This document shows positions 1 through 17,760 of a stretch of 64,000 nt of DNA, in pieces. Position 1 is the stretch's first letter, and the number at the start of each line of letters is the position of its first letter. Origin of the DNA: the human T2T-CHM13v2.0 reference genome, Homo sapiens; assembly GCF_009914755.1 (NCBI RefSeq), contig NC_060929.1; one strand, given 5' to 3'. The notes beneath the pieces are model-generated. The model did not search any database. It worked only from the letters and a program-made list of their open reading frames with translations, and had not been told where the DNA came from. A program made the position numbers and the translations under genes.

Positions 1-241
1 AATCTTGGCTCACTGCAACCTCCATCTCTCAGGTTCAAGCGATTCTCCTGCCTCAGCCTCCCGAGTAGCTGAGATTACATGCATGTACCACCATGCCTGG
101 CTAATTTTTGTATTTTTAGTAAAGACGGGGTTCCACCATTTTGGCAAGGCTTGTCTTGAACTCCTGACCTCAGGTGATCTGCCCACCTTGGCCTCCCAAA
201 ATGCTGGGATTAGATTACAGGCATGAGCCACCATGCCTGGT
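1..241 (-). mobile_element. AluS, cut by the window start
   Basis: Antisense Alu consensus. Confidence 0.95.
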
Positions 242-244
242 CAA

Positions 245-1790
<1,546 letters not shown>

Positions 1791-2035
1791 ATTTTAAAAC
1801 GTTGGCAGGGAACTGGGAACTATAAAAATGATGTAGCAGATTTTAAAAACAACCAAATACAAATTTTAGATCTAATTTAAAAACCTAAAATCAAAAACCT
1901 AACCAGTTAAACAACATATTAGATTCCGTTTAAAAGATAATTTTGACCTTAAAGATAGAAGACACTGTTCATAATGCTCCTGAGAGAGACACAATATGGA
2001 AAATACAGAAGAGAGGTTAAGAAACAAGGAAGATT

Positions 2036-2310
2036 GCTGGGTGCAGTGGCTCACGCCTGTAATACCAACACTTCAGGAGGCCATGGCGGGTGAATCACTT
2101 GAAGCTAGGAGTTCGAAACCAGCCTGGCCAACATGGCAAAACCCTGTTTCTACTAAAAATACAAAACAGTGGCACACACCTGTAATCCCAGTTACTCAGG
2201 AAGCTGAGGCATGAGAATCACCTGAACCCAGGAGGTGCAGGTTGCAGTGAATCAAGATCATGCCACTGCACTCCAGCCTGGGTGACAGAGTGAGACTCTG
2301 TCAAAAAAGA
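2036..2310 (+). mobile_element. AluS
   Basis: Alu consensus; the tail has expanded into (GAAA)n. Confidence 0.9.
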
Positions 2311-2388
2311 GAGAGAGAGAGAAAGAAAGAAAGAGAGAAATAGAGGAAAGAAAGAAGAAAGAAAAGAAAGAAAGGAAGAAAAAAAGGA

Positions 2389-2444
<56 letters not shown>

Positions 2445-2490
2445 GAGAAAGAAAGAAAGAAAGAAAGAAAAAGAAAGAAAGAGGAAGGAC
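2310..2490 (+). repeat. (GAAA)n polypurine microsatellite
   Basis: About 180 bp of almost pure purine on the plus strand. Confidence 0.95.
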
Positions 2491-2962
2491 ATCAGAACAA
2501 GGTCTTTTCTTTTTTTAAGTTAGCACAGACAAAAGAGAGAAAGAACTGAGGCAAAATTTTGAAGTGATGATAGCTGAGAACTTTTCAGAATTAATGAAAG
2601 ACATGAGTCTATTGATTCAAGAAGTCAAACATCCTGAACAGGAGAAATAAAAAGAAATCCATGTCTAAACACATCATATAAAATTGCAGAAAACCAATGA
2701 CAGGAAAAAGTCTTTAAACAGTCCAAAATAAAAACATGAATTAACTTCAAAAGAGCAACTGTTAGACTGTTGTTGTCTTCTCTGCAGAGATAATCAAGCC
2801 AGAAGAGTACTATGTTATCAAAAATCTGAAAGAAATTAACTGCCAAACTAGGATTCTAAACCCAGGGAAAATATTCTTTCTAGAATGAAAGTCAAATAAA
2901 GACATTTTAAGAACACAAAACTATCAGAGATGACTACAAATAAATTTGCACAAAGAAAATGC

Positions 2963-3270
2963 TAGCATGGGTGCAAAGGCTCATGCCTGTAATCCTAGAA
3001 CTTTGGGAAGCCAAGGTGGGAGGATGACTTGAGCCTAGGAATTCAAGACCAGCCTGGGCAATATAGGGAGACCCCATTTCTACAAAAAATTTAAAAATTA
3101 GCTGGGCATGGTGGTGCACACCTATAGTCCCAGCTACTCAGGAGGCTGAGGTGGGAGGATTGCTTGAGTCTGGGAGACAGCAGTTAAAGTGAACCAAGAT
3201 CATGCCACTGCACTCCAGCCTAGGTGACAGAGTAAGATGCTGTCTCAAAAAAAAAAAAAAAAAAAAAAAA
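2963..3270 (+). mobile_element. AluJ
   Basis: GGAGGAT..CTTGAG pattern in both arms; poly(A) tail. Confidence 0.9.
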
Positions 3271-3398
3271 CAGAAATACTAAAGACTGTATTTTAGGGGG
3301 AAGAAAAAGAAAAAGAATATCAGATGGAAAGTCAGATATTCAGAAAGGAATAAAGATCACAGAAGCTGGTCAAAACAAAGTAAATGTTGACTATATAA

Positions 3399-3714
<316 letters not shown>

Positions 3715-4822
3715 ATAAAACCACAACAATAACATCATGTTGAATTAATAAACTTACATATACTTAAAATGCAGAACAATAGCATATATCAAGAGAGGAT
3801 TAAGTGAAAAGAAAGTATTTTAAGGTCCTCAATGGTCCAGGAAGTTAATGGTGTTGATCAACATTAGACTTTGATAAGATAAAGATGTATGTGATCAGTT
3901 GTAGAGCAAACACTAAAAAATAGATATACAGTTATAATTTTCAACCTAATGGAGAAAACTAATGGGAAATTTTTAAAAAATCAATCCAAAGAAATTAAGA
4001 AGAAAAAAACAGCAAGCAGCACAAATAACACAAAATAACATCATATATTTAAATCTAAATTGTATCAGTAATTCACTTAAATATAAATAAATTGTTCCAG
4101 TTAAAAGGTAAATATTGTCAAACTGAGAAGCAAATCTAATTGTGTGTTGCTTATGAGGAAAACAGGCATTTCATAATAAAATTAATGGAAGTATAAATTG
4201 GGAAGGTACTTTGGACCCTTCCAAGGTATTTTCAATGAACAAACTACCAAGACTTTAACATACGCTTCGAGCCAGGAATTTCACTTATTGCAATTTACCA
4301 TCCAGTTTTGCTCTTATTCATGCACAAAGATGAACATGTGAGACTGTTATTGCAGTGTAGTCTATAACAGCAGAGGACTGGTCTTCGTGTAACTACTTAC
4401 CATCAGGAACCTAGTTACGTCGTAATAATCTATATAATGGTACATTCTTCAACAATAAAAAAAATAAATGAAGTATATCTTTATGTGCTGATAGAAAAAG
4501 ATATCCAAGCTGTATTACAAAGTAGAAAAGAATAAGATGCCAAGCAATCTGTAGGGTATAATCCTTTCTATATAATAGAATATATTAATGTACACATTTT
4601 GCTTATTCATGAATGAAGCATTTAGGAAGAATACACAAACACATACCCAAAACAGGCAAGGGTGGTTTCCCCAGAGAAGGAGACTGCAGATGGCAGGAGG
4701 AAGGGAAAGAGATAAAATATTTAAATTGTGTGTACAACTTTTATATAATAAAATAATACAAAAATGATGTAAAAATTTTCTTTTGTCACAGTAAGGAGTT
4801 TTGCAATTGAAAGCTGTCTCCT

Positions 4823-5108
4823 GGCCAGGCACGGTGGCTCATGCCTGTAATCCCAGCACTTTGGGAGGCCGAGGTGGGCAGATCACTTGAGGTCAGGAGT
4901 TCGAGACCAGCCTGGCCAACATGGCAAAACCCTATCTCTACTAAAAATACAAAAGTACAAAAGAAAAATTTGCCGGACATGTTGGTGCATGCCTGTAGTC
5001 CCAGCTATTCAGGAGGCTGAGGCAGGAGACCCGCTTGAACCCAGAAGGTGGCTGCCAAGATTGCACCACTGCACTCCAGCCTGGGCAACAAAGGAAGACT
5101 CTGTCTCA

Positions 5109-5139
<31 letters not shown>

Positions 5140-5140
5140 T
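4823..5140 (+). mobile_element. AluS
   Basis: TSD AAAGCTGTCTCCT at 4810 and 5141. Confidence 0.93.
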
Positions 5141-5391
5141 AAAGCTGTCTCCTATTTGGCTAGAGCATCACCTTTGCCTTTCATTTTCCATTTCTGCCTA
5201 TCACACACACACACACACACACACACTTTCTGTCTCTCTCTCTCTCTCATACTCATCATCCACAAAAGTCTTCTTCCTCCAGACTATGCCAGAATCCCAG
5301 CTACTCAGGAGGCTGAGGCAGGAGAATCACCTGAACACTTAGGTAGTGTTCATACTTGTAACAATGTACCAGCAACATAGGCCAGAGAAAC

Positions 5392-5975
5392 TTTTTTTTT
5401 TTTTTTTTTGGAGACAAGGTCTGGAGCACAGTGGCATGATCTTGGCTCACTGCAACCTCTGCTTCCTGGGCTCAAGTGATCCTCTCACCTTAGCCTCCCA
5501 AATAGCTGAGACTACCATAGGTTCTCCATCATGCCCAGCTAATGTTTTTTTTTATTTTCAGTAGAGATGAAGTCTCACTAAGTTGCCCAAGTTGGTCTTA
5601 AACCCTGGGGCTCAAGCTATCCTCCTGCCTCGGCCTCCTAAAGTGCTGAGATTATATGTGTGAACCACCATGCCCAGCTGCCAGGGAAACTTTAATCACC
5701 ACAAACTCAGTATAAAGTAACTAGGTGAGATACTGCTGTTTTAAATATGATTGTCGTCTTAGGTTGCATTGTAGAATAATGTGATGGCTTTATTCTATTC
5801 TATGGTGGCCAGGCCTCTGCATTCATTTCAAGCAACACTTGGCCAGGCTTGATGATGCATGCCTATAATCCCAGCACTGTGGGATGCCGAGGTAGCGGGA
5901 TCACTTGAGCCCAGGAGTTTGAGACTAGCCTGGGCAACATAGCAATGCCCCATCTCAATTGAAAAAAAAATAATA
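5392..5975. mobile_element. AluJ (minus, about 5392-5680) and FLAM/half Alu (plus, about 5841-5975)
   Basis: Alu consensus matches. Confidence 0.85.
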
Positions 5976-5999
5976 AAACAAACAACATCATTTTTAAGA

Positions 6000-7290
<1,291 letters not shown>

Positions 7291-7681
7291 AACCCCATCT
7301 TAACAGGGAACAGTGACAAAGCAAGCACATTCAAAGACCAAGAAGAAAGTAAAAGTGTTGTTAGGAACTAGAAGAGAGAATACCCGGAGGCAGAGAGAAA
7401 CACAACCATTGTCTTCAAGGGTCTGAAGGGCTGTCATGTGAAAGAGAGAACAAAAGCCTTCTAGTTTATTCCAGGTGGGAAGAGGGATCAGGAGACAGAA
7501 GCCACGGAGAGGCATATTTTTCCCTACTTACAAAAATATGTTTTTTACCAGTTAGAGCCACATAAAAATTAAAGAGGAGATACTGAGTTTCTAGTCACTG
7601 GAGGAATTCAGTAAAATCTGGCTACCTATTTGTCAGAGGTGTTGTAGAACAGACCAACACATGGGAAGAGAAATAGATCTA

Positions 7682-8092
<411 letters not shown>

Positions 8093-9676
8093 TCAGGTAG
8101 GGGCGTTCAAGGAACTCAGCTGTGAAACAGGAGCAATAGCTGAGGGTACTAGAGCTAGAGAAAAAGAGAGCACTGTCTTGGGGTTAATTGCAGTGGACTG
8201 AGAAAGAGAATAAAATGAGACCTATGCACAGGGTCGAAAGACAAAGGTAAATAAAGCTGAGTGAGAGTTCAGAAACGCAGGGCAAGACCAGAGAGGCTAG
8301 GAATTGAGATGGCTGATATCAGCACTGTTTAAATGTGAGCCTCTGAACCACACTCTCAGAGCGTGATCCTTTGTCCCCCTGCTTCAGAATCCCAGTGGGC
8401 AAGGTGGAATTGCAGGGCCCCCATCCAGCATCACAGAATCAGCATCTCTGAGGGTCAGGCCCAGATACATGGATTTTAGCGTGTCCCTGGATCATTCTTA
8501 TGCTCTTTAAAGGATGAGAACTGCAGGCCAAGAGACACATACTCAGCTTCTGAAACAGAGCAGAAACCCCCAGGTTTGACATTCTTGTTTTGCAAGTATA
8601 CCGAATGCATCCTCAGTGGGAAACTGTGCAGGTCCTGCCAGCAAATATCCACAAACACATACTTAAAACTCTAAACTTGCTAGGCCCAGACAGTGAACAG
8701 CAGCATCAGCAAGCAGCACCTGCTAATCATGGGGCACCTGCCCTGTGCCAAGTACTGTGCTGTTTGTTTTACTGACATTAACACATTTAATGCTTACTTA
8801 TGAGGAGGGTGCCATTATTATTCCCAATTTATAGATTACGAAACTGAGACTGAGAGAAACTGAGCAACTTGTCCTGGGCCACCCAGCTGTGCTATAGCAG
8901 CTTCATGTTCTAGGCCAATATGACTCCAAGACCTGTGCCCTTTCCATTTGCCGACAGGTGGCAAAGTTTTTCAACAATAGTTAATAAAAGGCGGTGGAGG
9001 TCGCAGCATCATCAGTTGATGATAAGTCCTTGGCTAATTAAGAAACTTTATTTATCCCGGGATACCCAGGACATTATGGTGAAGCAAGCCTCTGCTGTCT
9101 TTTCTAATCATCTTGATCCCTGAGCAAAAGGTATTGTCAGCATTTGTAATGTTGTTCAGACCTTTCTTTCATCTCAGTGGAGAAGGGTCTAAGATTAAGT
9201 TTGGGAGATTGAAAATCAAAGCTCATAGGAACAGATTAAAATGATGTAGAGTCATCCTGAATCTGGAGGGAAAAAAATAATACGACTGTGTTGGTGGAGC
9301 TGCTGAAGGGAGATAAGACACTAACCTCATCTCAGAAGGAGGAGAGAAGGGGAAAGAAAGAAATAGAACAGAGGGAACAGAATAAACAGGGTGGAGAATG
9401 AATATAAGAGGTGGAACAAGGGCAAGGCCAGGGAGGAGGATTGTGAGACCAGGCTTCTCTAAAGGAGAGTGGAACCCAGGCCACCTCCTTTTTTCTTTCT
9501 TTCTTTCTCTCTCTTTTTTAAGTCTTTTTGCGTATTCTTTAAAAAACGAGAGGTGGCAACATTTCTAGTATAGTTTTTAATGTTTGAACCTGATCATTTA
9601 ATCTCTGTGCTTTAATATGTGACTTCATTTGGAGATCTGGGTCTAAACTCGGGTCTCTTCAAGAAGGTGAGACCCA

Positions 9677-9975
9677 GCCAGGTGTGGGTGGCTCATGCCT
9701 GTAATCCCAGCAATTTGGAAGGCTGAGGCTAGAGAATCACTTGAGCCCAGAAGTTCGAGACCAGCCTGAGCAACATGGCAAAACCCTATCTCTACCAAAC
9801 ACACACACACACACATACACACACAAAACTTAGCCAGGCCTGGTGGCTTGTGCCTGTAGTCCCAGCTACTCAGGAGGCTGAGGTGGGAGGATCACTTGAG
9901 CCTGGGAGGATCACGCCACTGCACTCCAGTCTGGGTGACAGAGTGAGACCCTGTCTCAAAACAAACAAACAAACG
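9677..9975 (+). mobile_element. AluJ with (CA)n in the central linker
   Basis: Alu consensus; CA repeat at about 9798-9825. Confidence 0.9.
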
Positions 9976-10077
9976 ATGCGAGACCTAGACCCAAAGAACT
10001 TTCTAGCTCCATGCTTTTCACTCCTCACCCATCTCCATATTGGTGGCATTCAGAAAGTCTAAGGATGGAGAACACGT

Positions 10078-10660
10078 TGATACAGGCGTTAAGAAGAAAT
10101 CACGTAGGCAGATAGCAAGGGTATGAGAGTCCTCAGTAAGGCTTATCTTTTTAATGAAGAGCAGCCCCAAATAATTTTCTAACAAAGAGCAGCCTGCAAG
10201 CTAGGAGCTTGCATGGGTGAATGCCGGCAGAACTAGGGACTAGACATGTTCAAGATGGTGGTTCCATCATCCCTTCTCTGCCAGCCACATGTACAGTAAG
10301 AAGCAGACAAGATGGCCATGATCAACTGGAAAGTCCATTTGCATAAGAAGATTAGGGTGGGGCGACAAGCCTTCCTCATGCGCTATGTAAATGTCATACC
10401 TGATCAAACCAATCTAAGAGCCCTATATAAATAAGACACTGCCTCCTCAAACCAGACTATAAAATTCCGCATATTCACCACCAGCAGGTCTTTTGCGCTG
10501 GGAGACTCCTTCCTCTACAGAGGCAGCTGTTTCTCTTTCTCTTCTCCTCTACCTATTAAACCTCTGCTCCTAAACTCCTCATGTGTGTCTGTGTTGTAAA
10601 TTTTCCTGGTTCGCTACAAGGAACCCCAGGTTATATACCCCAGGCAACGCAGTCGCTCCA
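10078..10660 (+). mobile_element. Solo ERV1-class LTR (MER61/LTR43-like, subfamily uncertain)
   Basis: TG...CA ends, with octamer, GC/GT box, CCAAT, TATAAA and ATTAAA (10555-10560) in LTR order. Confidence 0.8.
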
Positions 10661-11839
10661 GCATCATCTTACTAAGGTGATTAGAGGGAAAATGGGAACA
10701 ACCTAAAAGTCACAGCTGAATAGTTCCTTTCTACCTTCCACATGTATGTAATCATTAAGAGATCAAAAAAGTGCTTTTATATACCTGAAGGGACAGGGCA
10801 CATGGGTTAAGGCCCTGGGCCATGGAGGTGCTTCTTAGTTAGAATCCCAGCTGACTAGCCTCTTTATCTGACTGAGCTTCCATTTCCTCATCTGTCAAAC
10901 AGAGATAAAAGTGACAACTACCTCAAAGGGTGATTGTCATGATTAAATTTAAAAGCGTATTTAAAGTGCTTAGGGCAGTGTCTGACTTACTGTACATGCT
11001 CAAATAATATTGATGATGATGATTGGCCCTGTTATGAATTCCAAGCACAAAGCCAGGGGCACATGGTGAGCATCCCATAAAGATGGCATGGATCCGTTGA
11101 TTTGAGAAGGAATCAGGACACTTGATTCTAGTCCTGTCTCACTAACCATGGTGGGAACACAGTCACTTTGCTTCTCTGTGCTTCCATTTTGCTCCTCTAT
11201 GAAATGGGGATACACTGTCCCTCTGACACAGAGCACCAATGTTTGAAAATGCCTAGAAAAGTATGAAGCAGCATAGAAATATAAGGTGAGATTTCTTTCT
11301 ATTACTCTCACATCTGTGATAAAGCCAACTGTCTTCCGCCAAGCTAAGAAAGTTCTGCCATAGCTAAGAATTCTTGCTCTAATTTGCCTTCACCACCTAG
11401 GTCTGAATGTTTCAGCCCCTTCCTCCATTGACTGGTGACCCTTACAGCAAAGGTACAGGTCCACAAGTTCAAGAACGTATCTATATATATGCAGAATTTC
11501 TAAGCATATTATCCCTTCACTCTTTTTGTTTCTCAGGCACATCAGAAATTATCCAAATAATTGGAATCATGAAATGGGTGATAAAGATAGAAATGGCTTT
11601 GCAGACTGTAAGCTGCTTAGGATCAGGGACTGGGACTCTCTTGTTCCTCACAATGCCCCAGCTCCCCACAGGGCCCTTTGGCACATAGGAGACAACCAGT
11701 AACCTTGTGGTGGATGAGTGACTATGGCAGAAATCAAGACTGTCCACCCCACAGCCATTCCCAGTTTCACCCATGCTAACAGATCCTAGTCAATATGCAT
11801 AGCCTAGAGAATGAATAATGATTGATTAATATAAGTCAT

Positions 11840-12475
11840 CTAAGCAGTTGCATTTCCCTTTGCCAAGGTCTGGGTATGTGACCCAGTTTGGACAATCAAA
11901 CACAGGAAAGTCTTTTAGTAATGTCCCTTTTTGATAAAGCATCATATTAGAAGAAAAGCCCCATTTGCCACCTGCTTCCTTTCTTCCTACTTGGCTTTTC
12001 TTTTCTTTTCTTTTTTTTTTTTTTGAGAAAGGATCTTGCTCTGTTGCCCAGGCTGGAGTGCAGTGGTGCAATCAGCTCAATACAGCCTCAAAATCCTGGG
12101 CTCAAGGAATCCTTCTGCCTTAGCCTCCTGAGTAGCTAAGTGAGCAGGTACATGCCACCATCCACAGCTAATTTTTTAAAAAAATTTTTGTAGAGATGGG
12201 GTCTTGCTGTGTTGCCAGGGCTTTCTTTCTACTTGGGATGCTTTTGTGGGAGGACATATCAGAGCTGTGGCAGCCATCCTGTGACCAGGAGAGAAGTGCC
12301 AATGAAGACACAGAGACCTGACTAACACCTCATTCTTGTGAAGCTGCTGAACCCAATCCTACAACACTCCTAAGTCCCAACTCTAGTTATGTGAAATGAT
12401 TCAAAGTCTTTGCTAATTAAATCATTATTTTTTCGTATTCTCTTACTTGCAAAAGAATACAGTCTTACTGAGACA
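11840..12475 (+). mobile_element. Old MLT1 (J/K-like) LTR interrupted by a minus-strand AluJ (about 11986-12220)
   Basis: GAGCTGTGGCAGCCATCCTGTGACCA motif; Alu sequence with a poly(T) tail inside it. Confidence 0.55.
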
Positions 12476-12934
12476 ATGAATGACTGCTTGTTCCCTACAG
12501 AAGATCTCCCATTATATCTAAGTACAAAAGAAAATATAGTTGCCTTTTTACCAAGTTCCTTATTGTGCAACAAAGATTACCACTTAACCAATCTCCCACT
12601 TTTCTCTTACAATCTTGGTGTCAAGACATCTTTCTAGTGTCTTCTGAAGAGATTCATAGTGCCACCCCGACCCTAAGGACATTCCTTCTCTGATTATCTT
12701 TTGTCTTATTATCACTTTCCATAGACTAAATATTATATCTTGGTTTGTAACTACTTTAGGGGGCCTCTTCCAGAGTAATTGGTCATTATCTTTATGCCTC
12801 AGATCTTCTTGAGCGATATTGATGATTTCCATATGCAAAATCACATGGGGTTAGTAGAGCCACACAAACTTAGGCCAAGCTTTGTTCTGATTAATTAGAA
12901 ACATTATTTTCTGGTGCAAAGCTACCCCCTCTCT

Positions 12935-13705
<771 letters not shown>

Positions 13706-13883
13706 GATATAAAATGTAGATCTAGTAGTAGTCTATTCTAACAGCGGATCTGAACAAACTAAATTCCATTTGGGTTCAACTGCAAAGTCACAGGAAAAGT
13801 GATCACTGCAATAAAGTCAAGAGCAGGGGCTGTGAGTGAGAGAACTGAGAGGATGGTTGTTTTTGATCTCTAGTTTATAGACT

Positions 13884-14546
13884 TAGGTTGACCAACCATC
13901 CAAGAGAAGCCATCTTTGCAAAATTATAACGATGAGAGAAATCTGACACAGTCGACCCCATTTTGCATAACTGACATATTTTGACCCCATAGTTTCCACA
14001 ATCCCTTATTGCTCAGGAGTCATATGGCCAGAGATCACAAGGTTTGCGACTTCCCCAGTTGCTCATCTAGGTAACATCACTACTGTAGAAACTAAGATTG
14101 GTTTTTTGAAATATTTTTTCAACAGATCCCACCCGGCCTTGTGACTCATGATTCACCCGGTCCTGTGGCCCCACCCAGAGTTGGACTCAGCACACAAAGA
14201 AGTGTTCCACACCCCTATGATTTCATCCCCAATTTATCAGCAGCACCCTTTCCCTAGACCCCTGCTCTCCAAACTGTCCATAAAAACCCTAACCTTCAAG
14301 CCTTTGGGGAGATTGATTTGTATAATAACTCTATTTCCCATGTGGCTGGCGTCATGTCCATTAAACTTTTTCTCTACTGCAATGCCGTGTTCTCAATGAA
14401 CTGGTTTTGTCTGTGCAGATGGCACAGGAAGAACCTATTGGGTGATTACACCAGTTTGCCCAGGACTGAGGGGTTCCTGGCATGTGGGACTTTGAGTTTT
14501 AAAACCAAGAAAGCCCAGAGCAAATTGAGACAAGTTGGTCACCATA
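13884..14546 (+). mobile_element. MER81-like hAT MITE split by the LTR8-like element
   Basis: Terminal inverted repeats TAGGTTGACCAAC (13884) and GTTGGTCACCATA (ends 14546); the body resumes at 14451. Confidence 0.75.
13904..14450 (+). mobile_element. Solo LTR8-family (ERV1) LTR, internally deleted
   Basis: Start resembles the LTR8 CTTTGCAAAATTATAAC; ends GGGTGATTACA; 4-bp flanks ccaa/ccag. Confidence 0.75.
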
Positions 14547-15951
14547 GTTATGGTGCTGCTAGGAGAGCAGCAGAGCAGCCAAGCTGTGCGCTTTTTGCAT
14601 TCTGATTCCTCTTCCTGGGGGCAGCAGCCCACTATAAAGCCAGGGGTGTGCTAAGATAGATGGCTTACGGAAAAGGAACGCTGAATTGCATGGCCACACC
14701 AACAAGAACTTAATTACATGACTCCAGAAGGGCAATAACAGGGCAGATTCTGTGAAAACTCCAGAATCTTAGCCACAGAGACAAGTCTAGAAAACACAGT
14801 TTAGTGCTTTGCTCTAGCACTGGTTAACTGTGGGACCTGGGCAACTCATGCCCCCTTTCTGAGCCTCAGTTTCCTTGGCTGAAAATGGGAGTGAAACTGA
14901 CAGATGTGTGCGAGTCTTTGCTGTGCTCCCACCCCATTATTTCACATACAGTATGGATAATGCATATAACCGCACAATAGCACCTTTTCAGCACAAGCAG
15001 CAAATCCACCTTCTGTTTTGCGAGCAGCCATTTCCAGTGCTCCCCAAACTCCCTCTGGATAGCATTAGCATTCATCTTATTCGGGAACACTTCCCTTCAC
15101 TGTCCTTTGATGCTCAGAGAGCTGAGAACTCACAGTGCTTTTTTTTTTTAAGGCTGTAACATATTTACAAATCTAAATGAAGCTCTATTTCCAGACCCAG
15201 TCTTTCGGTTTTGAGTGGCTTCCTCCTTCTGCTCTCACCTCCACCCAGGGAGCCCACTTCTCAACTTCCTGTTTTCTTTAGAGAGACAAAGAGTCTCCCC
15301 AGCCACCCATTGCTGGATTCCTGTTAACCTTTCATTAAGCCTGCTGACAGCTGGCTTTAGCTCTTCATGAGTTAGTTCAACACATTCCCATTTAAATGTG
15401 TCCCACCTGGCTTCATTAAGTTTCCTGCCAGGTTCTCCCTTTACAGCTTCCTCTGCAAATGCAAATCAGATTCTGAGTAAATAATATGGGGACAAGGGAA
15501 GATTGAGCTATAATGGGGTTGTAACTGGAAAGCCATTGATATACTCAGGTTGCTGTGGATCAGAGGACACTGAAATCCATTTGAGTCCAATGCAGGTCAG
15601 TGTTACAGAGCCATATGCATGAAGTCTGGAATTGGAGCCCTCACTGTGAAGTACAGGGTAGTGGTTAGAGTGTGGAGTCCTTCAAGCCTGGTTCAAAACC
15701 TGGCTCTGCTACAGGAGATTGGACGACGTGACCTTGAGCAAGTTCCTTCACCTGCCTGTGCTTCTGTTTTCTTAGCTCCAAAGCCAAAATAATATACCCG
15801 CTTTATTGAGCTGCTGTCAGGAGTCAATGAGATAATTGCCTTGAAACAGTTAATAGAGTACCCAGAATATAATAGGTGCTCATTACAAATTGATAGTATC
15901 TCCTGTGTTTAGCCTAGAAAGGCCATGGTGAGGAATTAGGTTGCTTTAAAT

Positions 15952-16149
15952 TGAACTTGCATGCGGCCCAGGATGGCTTTGAATGTGGCCCAATACAAAT
16001 TGGTAAACTTTCTTAAACATTATGAGATTTTTTTTGCGATTTTTTTAGCTTATTAGTTATAATTAGTGTTCGCGTATTTTATGTGTGGCCCAAGATAATT
16101 CCTTTACTTCCAGTGTGGCCCAGGGAAGCCAAAAGATTGGAAACTCCTG
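15952..16149. mobile_element. MER30 hAT-Charlie element
   Basis: Characteristic GCGGCCCAGGATGGCTTTGAATGTGGCCC body; 8-bp flanking repeat CTTTAAAT at 15944 and 16150. Confidence 0.8.
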
Positions 16150-16255
16150 CTTTAAATTGTGAGGTTTGATTGTGGATCCACCATATAATCATTAGCTGTA
16201 AGAAGCACATACTGCATCACATTCCTTCCTTATGGAAATGGAAAAACAACATTGA

Positions 16256-16588
<333 letters not shown>

Positions 16589-17384
16589 TATTCTATTGCA
16601 TTTCCCATGTGTGTTTTGTCTCATTCAGAAGTGAAGCTCCTTAAAAGAAGCAATTCTCTCTCCTGGGCCCCACATACAATAGATACCAAAAAGTTATTTA
16701 TAGATGCTAACAATTCATCCTGATTACACAAAGAGGGAATGAGAGGAGCAACTACATCCACAGCCTCCTCTGATCAAGGAGTCTCAGTATAAGAATTATA
16801 TATTTATTTTAATTCATCTTTTACTAAAATCCACCCTTTATCCCCAGTCTCAAACTGGCTACCTTGTTTTAGCCCACAGCCATGTTTTGCTTGCCCAGGA
16901 AATCATTTTAACTAATTTTAAATTTTAATGCCCTTAAGTGGACATACACTCCGATTTATCATGGGCCATGTCATCTCCCTTTGACTCCCTCAACTGTATC
17001 AGCTGCCTGGCCTCTAAATTCATCAGAGTTTGCCACCTCTGCCCCAGGCAGAGCTAAGTGTGCTGCTTCTAGGTAGGTCTAGGGGCCAAGGATGAAAAGG
17101 GCTGGAAGACAGGAGACAGGAGACCCATACCTGTATTGAAAGAGGGTATCTCTGCCACAGCATGGAGAACAGACAGGAAAAGGAGTAAAGTCAGAGATTA
17201 TAATTAGGAAGATACTGCAGGAATCCAGCCAGAAAGTGCTATCAGCTTAAAGGAGATGAAGCAGCAGGACCTTTGCCCCTGGTACTGGAAGCTCCTGACC
17301 CTCTGTCTGGCCAAGCCCACCACCACACAGCCCTGGTAAAGGGAGATTGTTTTCTTGAACACTTTATCTGTTAGGAATTACTAC

Positions 17385-17760
17385 AGTGCAACATTTCTCA
17401 AACTCTAACGCACATCAGAATCATCTGGAGGGTCTGTTAAAACACAGTTTGCTAGACTCTACCCCCAGAGTTTCTGATTCTGGAGGTATGGGGTGAAGGA
17501 CATGAATCTGCATTTCTATCAAGTACCAGTGACACGGAGGCTGCTGGTCTGAAGTGCATAGTTTGAGAGCCACCGGGCTAGACCAGCATTTTTCAGAACT
17601 TGGTTCCATATTAGAACCACTTTGGGACATTTTTCAAAAATTCAGATGCCCAAGTCATACCCTGGACCAATTACAGAAAGAATCTCTTAAAGGGTAGGAC
17701 TCAGGAATTGGCATTTAAAAAGCTCCCCAGTTGATTATTCAGCTAACATTGAGAACTACT
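17385..17760. mobile_element. Two adjacent MER5-family MITEs
   Basis: TTCTCAAACT...CATCAGAATCA.CTGG and TTTGAGA.CCAC motifs. Confidence 0.7.

Noticed and set aside
2301-2492. Phe/Leu/Ser-rich ORF that looks like a membrane protein
   Set aside because: Translation of the (TTTC)n microsatellite.
8951-8964. CTCF-like CCGACAGGTGGCA (and CAGGGGGCAGC on the minus strand near 36094-36104)
   Set aside because: Several mismatches in the core; cannot be supported without PWM scoring or ChIP data.
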